A DNA stretch of 64,000 nt from Candidatus Magasanikiibacteriota bacterium (GCA_041665025.1 JBAYJP010000002.1:196820-260819); one strand, 5' to 3'; positions 18,831 through 27,930 are shown, counted from the first letter of the stretch. Notes: generated from the sequence alone by a model not told the origin. Made by a program: numbers and translations.

Positions 18831-18987
18831 TGTCAGCGATTGATGCGTCTACCACACGCATGCCTGTGAAGGTTTCTTTTGAACTAAGCTGACACCAATC
18901 CAACGAGTTAAACTGCTGGGTGGAAACGTCCTAAGGACCCCGGTATATAATTCTAATACTATTAGAGTTATATACCGGGTTTTTTTA
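18831..18987 (+). promoter_or_regulatory. Candidate T-box-like riboswitch leader (Thr ACC specifier hairpin, GGGTGG T-box-like motif, intrinsic terminator) upstream of thrS
   Basis: Hairpin atgcgt-CTACCAC-acgcat (18843-18861) presents ACC; 'ctGGGTGGaaacg' 18916-18928 precedes 21-bp terminator stem 18937-18979 + T7 tract. Confidence 0.4.
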
Positions 18988-19035
18988 TTAAATTTTAAAT
19001 TAGAAATTAAGACTTATATATTTAATTAAATTAAT

Positions 19036-20814
19036 ATGGAAAATGACAAACTAGAAGCCCTTCGCCATAGTTGTGAGCACGTCCTCACCATGGCCATGCT
19101 TCGCATCTGGGGAAATAAAGTAAAAGCAGCTATGGGCCCGGCAACGGATGATGGATTTTATTTTGATTTTGATTCAGAAATAAAGATATCTGAAGAAGAT
19201 TTTGCAAAGATTGAAAAAGAAATGGCGAAGATTATAAAAGAAAATTTGTCTATTGCCAAAGATGAAATGACTGTAGCAGAAGCCAGAGAATTTTTTAATT
19301 CAAATATATACAAAGGAAATGAATATAAACACGAATGGCTCGATGAAATAGAAGGACGTGGAGAAAAAGTGAGTGTATACTGGATGGGAGAAAAAGGAGG
19401 GGATATCCCACATACGTTTGTAGATATTTGTGCTGGTCCTCACCTAGAATCAACGGGTAAAATCGGCGTATTCAAACTTCTCAAGGTCGCGGGTGCATAC
19501 TGGCATGGAGATGAGAAAAATAAAATGTTGCAACGCATTTATGGTACTGCATTTGGAACCCAGGAAGAACTCGATGAATATGTATCCATGCTTGAAGAAG
19601 CAAAGAAACGAGATCATAAAAAGTTAGGCAAAGAACTTGATTTGTTTACGTTCTCGGAATTAGTTGGTGCTGGTTTACCATTGTGGACGCCCAAAGGTAC
19701 ATTATTGCGAAATACATTGGATAATTTTGTGTGGGAATTGCGCCAGGCAAAAGGGTATCAAAAAGTAACTATTCCTCACATTACCAAAAAGGATTTGTAC
19801 GAAACGAGCGGGCATTGGGCAAAATTTTCAAACGATCTATTCAAAATTCAAACTAGAGAGGGCCATGAATTTGCGATGAAGCCTATGAATTGTCCTCATC
19901 ATACACAGATTTATGCCCACATACCTCGAAGTTATCGCGATCTGCCTCAGCGATACGCAGAGACAACAATGGTATATCGCGATGAACAGACAGGGGAATT
20001 AAATGGATTATCACGAGTACGCTGTATTACTCAAGACGATGCACACGTATTTTGTCGCGAGTCTCAGCTTAGAGATGAATTCTATGCGATTTGGGATATT
20101 ATTGAAACCTTTTATGCGGCGTGTGGTTTCCCTGCATTAAAAATTCGATTGTCTTTGTCTGACCCGGAACACATGGAAAAATATTTGGGAAGTAAAGAAC
20201 AGTGGGATAAAGCAGAAAGTCAGTTGCGACAATTTATTACTGACCGAGGAGCTACATTTTTTGAAGCCGTAGGCGAGGCTGCATTCTATGGTCCAAAGAT
20301 TGATTTTATGGCCAAAGATTCTCTTGGCAGAGAGTGGCAAGTGGCAACAATCCAGGCTGATCGCAGTATGCCACAGAGTTTTGATTTGTTTTGCAACAAT
20401 GAAGAGGGAGAACAGGAACGAATTGTCATGATTCATGCGGCTATTATGGGTTCGATTGAACGATTTCTGTCAGTCTTGATTGAACACCATGGTGGCGCCT
20501 TTCCGGTATGGCTTTCGCCCGTGCAAGTTCATTTTGCTCCGGTATCTTCCAAACATGTCGAGGGTGCAAAAAACATAGCACAAGAATTTTCTGACTTGGG
20601 CATTCGCATCGCACTTGACGATGCGGACGAAACTGTTGGAAACAAAGTACGCAAAGCCGTGGCGCAAAAAGTTCCCTACATCGTAGTTGTTGGTGACAAA
20701 GAAATTGCAGGAGAAGACTTTATGATACGCGTTCGAGGCATTGAAAAACAAGAGAAGATGGCGAAGGATGTGTTTGTTGAAAGAGTGTTGAGTGAAATAA
20801 AAGAGAGAAAATAA
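19036..20814 (+). CDS. thrS: Threonyl-tRNA synthetase lacking N-terminal TGS domain
   Basis: Editing motifs 'RHSCEH' and 'CAGPH', class II catalytic core, anticodon-binding C-terminus; 592 aa. Confidence 0.9.
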   Translation: MENDKLEALRHSCEHVLTMAMLRIWGNKVKAAMGPATDDGFYFDFDSEIKISEEDFAKIEKEMAKIIKENLSIAKDEMTVAEAREFFNSNIYKGNEYKHEWLDEIEGRGEKVSVYWMGEKGGDIPHTFVDICAGPHLESTGKIGVFKLLKVAGAYWHGDEKNKMLQRIYGTAFGTQEELDEYVSMLEEAKKRDHKKLGKELDLFTFSELVGAGLPLWTPKGTLLRNTLDNFVWELRQAKGYQKVTIPHITKKDLYETSGHWAKFSNDLFKIQTREGHEFAMKPMNCPHHTQIYAHIPRSYRDLPQRYAETTMVYRDEQTGELNGLSRVRCITQDDAHVFCRESQLRDEFYAIWDIIETFYAACGFPALKIRLSLSDPEHMEKYLGSKEQWDKAESQLRQFITDRGATFFEAVGEAAFYGPKIDFMAKDSLGREWQVATIQADRSMPQSFDLFCNNEEGEQERIVMIHAAIMGSIERFLSVLIEHHGGAFPVWLSPVQVHFAPVSSKHVEGAKNIAQEFSDLGIRIALDDADETVGNKVRKAVAQKVPYIVVVGDKEIAGEDFMIRVRGIEKQEKMAKDVFVERVLSEIKERK

Positions 20815-20836
20815 GTAGCTAAGTTCCGACATTACT

Positions 20837-21670
20837 ATGCTACATAAAAAAATAGTTTGGTTTATTGCACTACTACTAATAGTTTGTGCAAGTATTTTTG
20901 TACGGCATATTGATAAGAGATCTGCCGAAAAAGTCGTATATTTTCTTCCGCACCAAGATGATGAAATGGTGTTGCTCGGTTCTGTATACAATAATGTGAA
21001 GCAGGGGAAAGAGGTATATACGATTATGGTAGCAGATGGTGGGGGATCTTATATTATTGATGTGTTGAATGGAGAAGAATACTGTAAATTGCATAAGAAA
21101 TTTCATAAGCCTGAAGAAGAAGGTTACAAGACGATAACACGAAAAGAATTTAGTGCAGCGCGTAATGATGAATATGCCCGTACCATGAAATCTATTGGCG
21201 TGCCAGAAAATAATATTCTATTTGCAAATCCAGGAGGTAAAGATGGCAGTGACGAACCGTGGTACAGAGATAATGAATTAACACAAGAACAAGCTAAAGA
21301 AGTCATTCAAAGTTTTTATGATTTAGTTGGAAAGGGTACATATGTCACACTTGCGTCTGAGCAAAATGAATCAGATTTCCCACACAGCGATCATATTGTT
21401 ATTGAGCGTGCTTTAAAACAGTTTTCCGCCCAAGGCGGATCCACTTTGGGCGGAGATAAAGTTGCAAATAAATTATTTTTTGCAGACAGAGAAAATTCTG
21501 CCATTGCCATAGACTTGCTGGAGGATGTACAAAAAGCAAAAGCACTAGCCTTGCAAGAATATTCAGTCTGGAAACCAGAAGAAGGGAAGTTTGCGATTGG
21601 GAGGCATTCGATATTGGATAGGTTGAAGTTGTGGGGAGAGAGCGCGAGGGAGTTTGTGATTGGGAATTAA
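20837..21670 (+). CDS. PIG-L/LmbE family deacetylase with N-terminal TM/signal
   Basis: 'FLPHQDDE' matches PIG-L 'HPDDE' zinc motif region; 277 aa. Confidence 0.55.
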   Translation: MLHKKIVWFIALLLIVCASIFVRHIDKRSAEKVVYFLPHQDDEMVLLGSVYNNVKQGKEVYTIMVADGGGSYIIDVLNGEEYCKLHKKFHKPEEEGYKTITRKEFSAARNDEYARTMKSIGVPENNILFANPGGKDGSDEPWYRDNELTQEQAKEVIQSFYDLVGKGTYVTLASEQNESDFPHSDHIVIERALKQFSAQGGSTLGGDKVANKLFFADRENSAIAIDLLEDVQKAKALALQEYSVWKPEEGKFAIGRHSILDRLKLWGESAREFVIGN

Positions 21671-21704
21671 GATATTGGGAAAATATTGGATATTAGGATA
21701 TTTT

Positions 21705-21731
21705 AAAAGACAGCCTGGAAGGGCTGTTTTG
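21705..21731 (+). terminator. Intrinsic terminator (aaaagacagcc-tggaag-ggctgtttt)
   Basis: 6-bp stem + T-tract after PIG-L gene. Confidence 0.6.
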
Positions 21732-21733
21732 TA

Positions 21734-21762
21734 TTGACAAATAGATTTTTTAATGATAGGCT
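21734..21762 (+). promoter_or_regulatory. Candidate promoter reading into GC island 3 (TTGACA-17-TAGGCT)
   Basis: Consensus -35 at 21734-21739; weak -10. Confidence 0.3.
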
Positions 21763-21894
21763 AGCCCATCGTTTAAAAAAGAACGAAATAAGTTTGTATA
21801 AGATGTAAATTTATTTTGTCCTTTTTATTTTTGCTCAGTCGGGTACCTTAGCCCCGCCAGCGTGACGCGGCGGGTTTGACCGAGGAGTGTTGAG

Positions 21895-22107
21895 TTGAAA
21901 AAGATCGAGTTGAGGTCCCAAGCGGACCCGATGTCGCCGGCGCTTCCGCCGGCATGGTTCGTGATTACCGTCGAGGGGGAGGAGGTCTTCGATACGTTTC
22001 GGTTCGCGAGCGGTTGTGCGGCCGGAGTCGCTTTGGGCCAAATTCAGAGACACGGTCACGCCGAAATGCTCGACGAGGCTCGTCGTCTCTATGAGTGCTT
22101 CGTGTAG
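21895..22107 (+). CDS. High-GC island gene 3a: small hypothetical protein (70 aa, TTG start, GAGGAG SD)
   Basis: GC3-rich; 'GAGGAGtgttgagTTG'; stop TAG embedded in 17-bp hairpin. Confidence 0.45.
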   Translation: MKKIELRSQADPMSPALPPAWFVITVEGEEVFDTFRFASGCAAGVALGQIQRHGHAEMLDEARRLYECFV

Positions 22108-22142
22108 CTGGACGGGACAAAATCCCCCGTCCAGCTACACGA
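22100..22142 (+). other. Perfect 17-bp stem hairpin (tcgtgtagctggacggg-acaaaatcc-cccgtccagctacacga) between island-3 genes
   Basis: Exact reverse complementarity verified by hand; overlaps stop of gene 3a and abuts ATG of gene 3b. Confidence 0.8.
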
Positions 22143-22513
22143 TGCGTCTCGAGAAGAACGGTGAGCGCGAGACGCTCGTTGTGGAGGGACAGCGAACCCT
22201 TCACGACGGGCGGGTCAAGCACTTCGAGACCCGAAGCGTCGAGTGGCTCACCGGTCAGACGACCGAGCCGATCGGGACGGGAACTAAGTTCCTCGGTGTT
22301 CTTGGTGGGGAGGAGGAATTCCTCTTCCGTCCCATGCCCGTTTTCGGCGTCCCCGGTCGCTTGCTGTCTCGGGCCGGTCTGCTCGACTTCCTCCGCGACC
22401 GGGGTGTCGCGACGTCGGTCGACACACGGAGATGGCGTGAGGCCGAAAAGTCCGACGGCGACCCGGAAGACGAGGACTTGGCCGGGGCCGACGACCCTGT
22501 CTCCGGGGACTAG
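22142..22513 (+). CDS. High-GC island gene 3b: hypothetical acidic-tailed protein (124 aa)
   Basis: GC3-rich codon usage; in-frame ORF extends upstream to 22016 but overlaps gene 3a. Confidence 0.45.
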   Translation: MRLEKNGERETLVVEGQRTLHDGRVKHFETRSVEWLTGQTTEPIGTGTKFLGVLGGEEEFLFRPMPVFGVPGRLLSRAGLLDFLRDRGVATSVDTRRWREAEKSDGDPEDEDLAGADDPVSGD

Positions 22514-22526
22514 CCCGCGCTGAAGT

Positions 22527-22550
22527 CGCGCCTGCCTTCGGGCGGACGCG
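22527..22550 (+). other. UUCG-tetraloop hairpin (cgcgcctgcc-ttcg-ggcggacgcg) just after gene 3b stop
   Basis: 10-bp stem with one mismatch/one GU, cUUCGg loop. Confidence 0.5.
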
Positions 22551-22649
22551 ATAGAAGCGTGTGGCTGCAACAACGGCCGGCGCGTGTGATTCGATCGCAC
22601 GTCGCCGGCCAGGAGTTCAGTGTCCTGATGTACATCGGGATAGTGAATT

Positions 22650-22679
22650 AAAAACATCCCGTCATGGAGGGATGTTTTT
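22650..22679. terminator. Bidirectional intrinsic terminator (aaaaacatccc-gtcatggag-ggatgttttt)
   Basis: 7-bp stem flanked by A5/T5. Confidence 0.65.
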
Positions 22680-22680
22680 G

Positions 22681-23385
22681 TTATTTTATTGTTTCTATAT
22701 TTCCAGGAATCAGTGGAGGAGAAGGTTTTGTTGGTTTTAATCCAAATGCCTCTTTGGCTATGTGTAGGTCTCCGAGTGTCCCTTGCAAGAGTTGAAATCG
22801 TCTTACAAATTTTTCAAGTGTCTCAAGTTTTTTTCTATAACCCTCATTGTCTAATGCATTGATATCTTCAGCAGAAAGTGGGGCATGGTCAAATATTTTA
22901 CGAATTTTTTGTACTATTGTGCACAGATCTTCTGTATTAAGCATTTCTCCGCGTTTGCTTGGGCGGTTAATGACGTCAACAAGTTCATCAATTGTATTTT
23001 TTATCATTTCTACGGTGATATTTTTGTCCTTTGAATTTAATTCTTGGATTTCTTCCTTGTCGAATTCTTTTAAAATGTCTCCCAATTTTTGGCCGGGGTC
23101 AATTTTTCGTGCGCTTTCTATACTATGGTATTGTGCAACAAGGCGGTCTATTTCCCTATTTTCTTCTAACCCGAGATGAGGCTTTAGGCCAATTAATTCC
23201 ATCAGTAACCTAAGCAAATCGATCCATTTTTGTGAGTGTGTGCCTTCAAATTGTTTAAGTTCTATTTTAGCCAATTCTTGGAATGTTGCTTTGATTTCTT
23301 TAATAAGTGATCGTGCTTCTTCTTTTTTAGTATCTACTTCAAACGCTCGGCTGGCTTCTACAGTTTCTTCTATCATATTTTTCAT
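22681..23385 (-). CDS. Hypothetical helical protein (ORF extends to 23409; internal Met chosen to avoid overlap with ahcY)
   Basis: 235-242 aa, charged/helical, no motif. Confidence 0.45.
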   Translation of the reverse strand: MKNMIEETVEASRAFEVDTKKEEARSLIKEIKATFQELAKIELKQFEGTHSQKWIDLLRLLMELIGLKPHLGLEENREIDRLVAQYHSIESARKIDPGQKLGDILKEFDKEEIQELNSKDKNITVEMIKNTIDELVDVINRPSKRGEMLNTEDLCTIVQKIRKIFDHAPLSAEDINALDNEGYRKKLETLEKFVRRFQLLQGTLGDLHIAKEAFGLKPTKPSPPLIPGNIETIK

Positions 23386-23389
23386 TTTC

Positions 23390-24793
23390 TTAATACCTAT
23401 ACCACTCACTTTTATATGGTCCTTTTTCGTCTATACCAATATAGTCGGCTTGTGATTTGGTAAGTTTAGTAAGCTTCACCCCAATTTTTTCTAAGTGTAA
23501 TCGGGCGACTTCTTCATCCAAATGTTTTGGCAAGCGATATACGCCAATTTCGTATTTATTTTTCCATAAATCAAGTTGCGCGAGCACTTGGTTGGTGAAA
23601 CTGTTACTCATGACAAATGATGGGTGACCCGTAGCACAGCCAAGATTCATAAGTCGTCCTTCGGCAAGCATGTATAATGCGTTGCCGCCGGGGAATATAT
23701 ATTTATCTACTTGGGGTTTTATATTTATTTTTTGTATGCCTTTGGTTTTATTTAATTTTTCGACTTGGATTTCATTATCAAAATGCCCGATGTTTGATAC
23801 CACTGCCTGGTCTTTCATTTTTTTCATCTGTTCTACGGTGATAACTTCTTTGTTTCCTGTGGCCGTCACATATATATCTGCCTCACCCAGAGTATCTTCT
23901 ACTGTTTTTACTTCATATCCTTCCATGGCAGCCTGGAGAGCGCATATGGGATCAATTTCAGTTACAATCACGCGTGCACCTTGCCCTCGCAGAGCTTGGG
24001 CGCAACCTTTGCCCACTTCACCAAATCCGCAGACAACGGCGACTTTACCACCGATCATCACATCCATTGCGCGGTTCAGTCCATCAACCACTGAATGGCG
24101 GCAACCATATATATTATCAAATTTTGATTTTGTCACAGAGTCATTCACATTAATTGCCGGGAACAGGAGTTTACCTTCTTTTTCCATTTGATATAGACGA
24201 TGTACGCCGGTCGTGGTTTCTTCGCTGACACCTTTTACATGTTTTGCAACATTGGTCCAGCGAGTTTTATTTTTTGTATATTCTTTTTTTAACAATTTCA
24301 TCAATTCTCTAAAATCTTCTTGTTCTTTTGAATAATCTTTTTGTAATAATTTAGGATTGGATTCAATCTCAACGCCCTTATGAATCATGATTGTTGCATC
24401 TCCGCCGTCGTCAACAATAAGATTAGGCCCCTTGCCATTTTCGAAGTCTAATGCTTTCTCTGTACACCACCAATATTCTTCGAGTGTCTCGCCTTTCCAT
24501 GCAAAAATGGGTACTTTTGAATCGCGTACAACTGCTGCTGCCGCATGATCCTGCGTAGAGAAAATGTTACAGCTTGCCCAGCGTACATTTGCGCCAAGTG
24601 CTTTTAAGGTCTCAATAAGTACTGCAGTCTGGATAGTCATATGTAAACTACCCATGATATGTACGCCTTTCAGTGGTTTTTGTTTTGCGTATTTCTTGCG
24701 AATTGCCATAAGGCCGGGCATTTCTTGTTCCGCAATATCAATCTCTTTTCTGCCCCAGTCTGCGAGGGAGATGTCTTTGATTTTGTAATCCAT
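23390..24793 (-). CDS. ahcY: Adenosylhomocysteinase (S-adenosyl-L-homocysteine hydrolase)
   Basis: '[18 protein letters not shown]', NAD-binding '[28 protein letters not shown]', 467 aa. Confidence 0.95.
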   Translation of the reverse strand: MDYKIKDISLADWGRKEIDIAEQEMPGLMAIRKKYAKQKPLKGVHIMGSLHMTIQTAVLIETLKALGANVRWASCNIFSTQDHAAAAVVRDSKVPIFAWKGETLEEYWWCTEKALDFENGKGPNLIVDDGGDATIMIHKGVEIESNPKLLQKDYSKEQEDFRELMKLLKKEYTKNKTRWTNVAKHVKGVSEETTTGVHRLYQMEKEGKLLFPAINVNDSVTKSKFDNIYGCRHSVVDGLNRAMDVMIGGKVAVVCGFGEVGKGCAQALRGQGARVIVTEIDPICALQAAMEGYEVKTVEDTLGEADIYVTATGNKEVITVEQMKKMKDQAVVSNIGHFDNEIQVEKLNKTKGIQKINIKPQVDKYIFPGGNALYMLAEGRLMNLGCATGHPSFVMSNSFTNQVLAQLDLWKNKYEIGVYRLPKHLDEEVARLHLEKIGVKLTKLTKSQADYIGIDEKGPYKSEWYRY

Positions 24794-24856
24794 AGGTTTT
24801 TTGATATTAAAAACACGCGTAGTATAGCGTGTCTTTGGAATAAAATCAATAATTAA

Positions 24857-25153
24857 TTAAGCACCTGTATACCCCTCAAACTCTTTTAAAAGTTTTTCTA
24901 GCTCTTTAATGTATCTTTTCATATCTGCCCTGTTCCAATGTTTATAATGTTTATCATTTTTGAATTCATCAGTGGCTAGCAGATTTCTAAGATGAGGAAT
25001 CATCGTTTCTCTCATTTGAGGAATAAGGTTTAGAACAGTTTCAGGGCCACTATATATCCATAATTGTCGTTTGCCTGCAATAATCTGTGATATCTCTTCC
25101 CCATGTTCCACTTGTTCTATTTGTCTTTCAAGTTCTCTAGACATATATTCCAC
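24857..25153 (-). CDS. Small hypothetical protein (98 aa)
   Basis: ORF only. Confidence 0.35.
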   Translation of the reverse strand: MEYMSRELERQIEQVEHGEEISQIIAGKRQLWIYSGPETVLNLIPQMRETMIPHLRNLLATDEFKNDKHYKHWNRADMKRYIKELEKLLKEFEGYTGA

Positions 25154-25226
25154 TGTTTAATAAATAAGATATTTAAAAACACAAGTAGCATATTATTTTC
25201 CTTTCTTTTTGTCAATCCACAGATAT

Positions 25227-26174
25227 TTATAGTTTCAAACTGATTGTTTCCCCATATGTCCTTTCATACTTTTTTTCAAATTCTTTTGTCGTAAACGTGT
25301 GATTCACCGTTCCATACTGTTCCACCGCATAGACAGCTGCGACACTTGCCATCTGTCCACATGTTTTCAGATCAAAACCACGTACGTATCCTGTAATAAA
25401 GCCTGCACGATATGCATCGCCGGCGCCTGTTGGATCTTCGACTGATGTGGCAGGACAAGGAGCTATTTCAAATACCTTTTCCTTTGTCGTAATAATTGAC
25501 CCTTTTTCTCCAAGCGTAGTAATAACTATTTCAACATGGTTTAAAAGTTCATGAGGATCCCAACCAGTCATTTCTTGGGTGAGCTTCATTTCATAATCAT
25601 TGCCAATATACATTTTTGCTTGTCCTATGATCATGCTTAATTCTCGAGGATTAAAAGCTGTTAATTGATGGCTTGGATCGAAGATGAATGGTATTTTTGC
25701 ATCATATAATTCTTTTGCATGTTGGATCATTGCTTCTTTTTTTGTCGGGGCAACAAGGGCAAGCTGTATATCTTCTTTTACGTCGGAGATATGCAATTCA
25801 ACTGCTTCTTCAAGTGCACCATTGTAAAAGGCAATAATTTGGTTGTCATCTTTGTCTGTCGTGATATGTGCACCCGCGGTAAGTAATTTTTTGGATAGAG
25901 GTATATGTGAAATTTTTATTTTATGAGTTTTGAAGAATTCAATGAGTTCTTGTCCATCTTTTCCGAGTGGCGCAAGTACAATCGGGTCTTGCCCAAGAAG
26001 TTTTGCGTTGTAGGCGACATTTGTGGCCACACCGCCAATATTTTTGCTTAGCTTATCAACCATGAAACATACATTTAAAATATGCAGTTGGTCTGGCAAA
26101 ATATGATTTTTGAAACTATCGGGGAAATCCATGATATAGTCGTAGGCGAGGGAACCGGAAATTAAAATGCTCAT
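25227..26174 (-). CDS. PfkB-family carbohydrate/nucleoside kinase (possibly adenosine kinase, adjacent to ahcY)
   Basis: C-terminal 'DPTGAGDAYRAGF' PfkB signature; 315 aa. Confidence 0.75.
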   Translation of the reverse strand: MSILISGSLAYDYIMDFPDSFKNHILPDQLHILNVCFMVDKLSKNIGGVATNVAYNAKLLGQDPIVLAPLGKDGQELIEFFKTHKIKISHIPLSKKLLTAGAHITTDKDDNQIIAFYNGALEEAVELHISDVKEDIQLALVAPTKKEAMIQHAKELYDAKIPFIFDPSHQLTAFNPRELSMIIGQAKMYIGNDYEMKLTQEMTGWDPHELLNHVEIVITTLGEKGSIITTKEKVFEIAPCPATSVEDPTGAGDAYRAGFITGYVRGFDLKTCGQMASVAAVYAVEQYGTVNHTFTTKEFEKKYERTYGETISLKL

Positions 26175-26207
26175 ATATACAAGATATTAATTTATTTTGA
26201 ATAAATT

Positions 26208-26280
26208 TTCACATACCACATATCACGTAACACGTAACAATCGATTTGGTATGTGATATGTGCTACGTGGTACGTGACAA
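26208..26280. repeat. Inverted arrays of 7-nt 'nTAnCAC' repeats (5 + 5 copies) centred on atcgat; right arm overlaps last codons of rumA
   Basis: ttCACataCCACatatCACgtaaCACgtaaca | revcomp arm ttgtCACgtacCACgtagCACatatCACatacca. Confidence 0.6.
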
Positions 26281-27618
26281 AACCACAAGTCCTTCGATAT
26301 GCGGCGTTCTTGGGAAAAAATTATACAGTCTATGAAATACTATATCATAATTTTGCGATAACATCTCTACATCACGCGCCTGAGTTGCGAGGTCGCATGA
26401 GAGATATATGATTGTCGGCGGCAAGACTTCGTTCAATCGTTTGGCGACATCTGGGTGCAAACCAGCACGGGGCGGGTCAACAATTATCGTCTTATCAGGC
26501 GTAATATATTCAAGCATTTTTTCGGCAGGCTTGCAGTGTGCTTCGCAATTAGTAAAATTATTTAATGCGATATTTTCTTGTGCGTATTGAATTGCTTCCT
26601 CATTATTATCTACCAACATGCACGGTTGTTTTCCTTGTGAAATTGTCAGCCCGATGGAACCTACCCCCGAATAGTAGTCGACAAGGGGTATGTTTGGGTT
26701 AATAAATTTCGAGATGTCTTGCAGAGTTTGTTCAAAAATAGGGATATTGATTTGGAAGAAACTAAGGAGGCCGAATTTTAAAAATGCAGAATGATGAATG
26801 TCGAATGCAGAATTGATAGACAGTTGTGTTACAAGATAATTTTGTCCCACTAAATATAATAGTTTTGTTGGTACTGAGGCGGGTGATTTGTGCGTAGAGT
26901 AATATAGTTGAAAACCGACAAGATTATCATCAAGTTCAGGGTAATCACCAAAGGGAAGCTGGTCTTTGATAAACAATGCAGCGATAGCTTTGCCTTGCCC
27001 ATTGCTCCTCACTATAAGGCTTTTTAAACTTCGCATGGGGATTTTGTGTGTGTTGACCCACGTCAAGATATATTGTGCCGTTTTATTTATAATGTCCTCG
27101 GCAAGTTGCGAACCTATAGCAGGAATATGTACTTTTTTACCGCGTTCAAAGAATGCCAAAGAGATTTTGGATGAATCAGCAACCCCCTCTTCCATCTCCC
27201 CCTTAGAAAGGGGGAGACAGTTGAGATCTACAAAACTAAATTCCATTTTATTTCGGTAATGGAAAAAGTTTTTTGGATCAGAAATAATGTCAGGATTTGT
27301 ATTTGAAAAAATATCTCCGCCCAGTCGTTTGTATGTTTCTATTGCGATTTGTTTTTTATATTCATCTTCTTTATCTGCATTAAGCATTTGCCAAGGACTT
27401 GTGGATAGAAAATGATTATCAACGGGTTCAATACGATCTGGCGATGATTTCAATATTTTTGTAGCCACTGCTTCTGCGAAGTCTTTTTTATTTTTTATAT
27501 ACTCTATCCCGACTTCTTCACCGGGTAGAGCATTCCATACAAAAATAGCCTTCCCATCTAAATGAGCCAAACCTTGTCCTCCTGAAACTAATTTTTCTAT
27601 GATAACTGTGTGAGCCAT
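26263..27618 (-). CDS. TRAM-domain RNA (uracil-5)-methyltransferase, RumA/TrmA family (ORF extends to 27663)
   Basis: N-terminal TRAM 'MAHTVIIEKLVSGGQGLAHLDGKAIFVWNALPGEEV', 'IVDPPRAGL', 'YLSCDLATQARD'. Confidence 0.8.
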   Translation of the reverse strand: MAHTVIIEKLVSGGQGLAHLDGKAIFVWNALPGEEVGIEYIKNKKDFAEAVATKILKSSPDRIEPVDNHFLSTSPWQMLNADKEDEYKKQIAIETYKRLGGDIFSNTNPDIISDPKNFFHYRNKMEFSFVDLNCLPLSKGEMEEGVADSSKISLAFFERGKKVHIPAIGSQLAEDIINKTAQYILTWVNTHKIPMRSLKSLIVRSNGQGKAIAALFIKDQLPFGDYPELDDNLVGFQLYYSTHKSPASVPTKLLYLVGQNYLVTQLSINSAFDIHHSAFLKFGLLSFFQINIPIFEQTLQDISKFINPNIPLVDYYSGVGSIGLTISQGKQPCMLVDNNEEAIQYAQENIALNNFTNCEAHCKPAEKMLEYITPDKTIIVDPPRAGLHPDVAKRLNEVLPPTIIYLSCDLATQARDVEMLSQNYDIVFHRLYNFFPRTPHIEGLVVLSRTT

Positions 27619-27930
27619 ACGCCACCCATTGTAAACGATTTGGTATATTATTTCAAATAACAAAAACTACTCGGCTGTCCCCGCAGAAATCCCAAATCTT
27701 TAGTCCGTATCACCTACGGAAGGTTTACCAGGGAGAACTGCGTGAGCGTCGAGTAGTTCTAGGCGTTCGTCGTCATAAACTACTTGCCTTATTCGCTTCT
27801 AAGTAGGTGTAAGCGATGAAACACCAGAGTATTTACATACTCCACATGTACTATAAATTTATACTAAAATAGTGTCAATTGAAAAAGTGGACAGACAGTG
27901 GAAAGAATGGGTATAAGTAGGTCATCTAAG

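Noticed and set aside
22016-22141. Longer 165-aa version of island-3 gene 3b starting at 22016
   Set aside because: Would overlap gene 3a out of frame and read through the 17-bp hairpin; the ATG at 22142 at the hairpin's end is more parsimonious.
27700-27740. Possible SRP (4.5S) RNA because of GGTTTACCAGG and CGGAAGG words
   Set aside because: The words occur in the wrong order relative to SRP domain IV and no GGAA-tetraloop helix 8 can be drawn. Kept only as a generic structured region.
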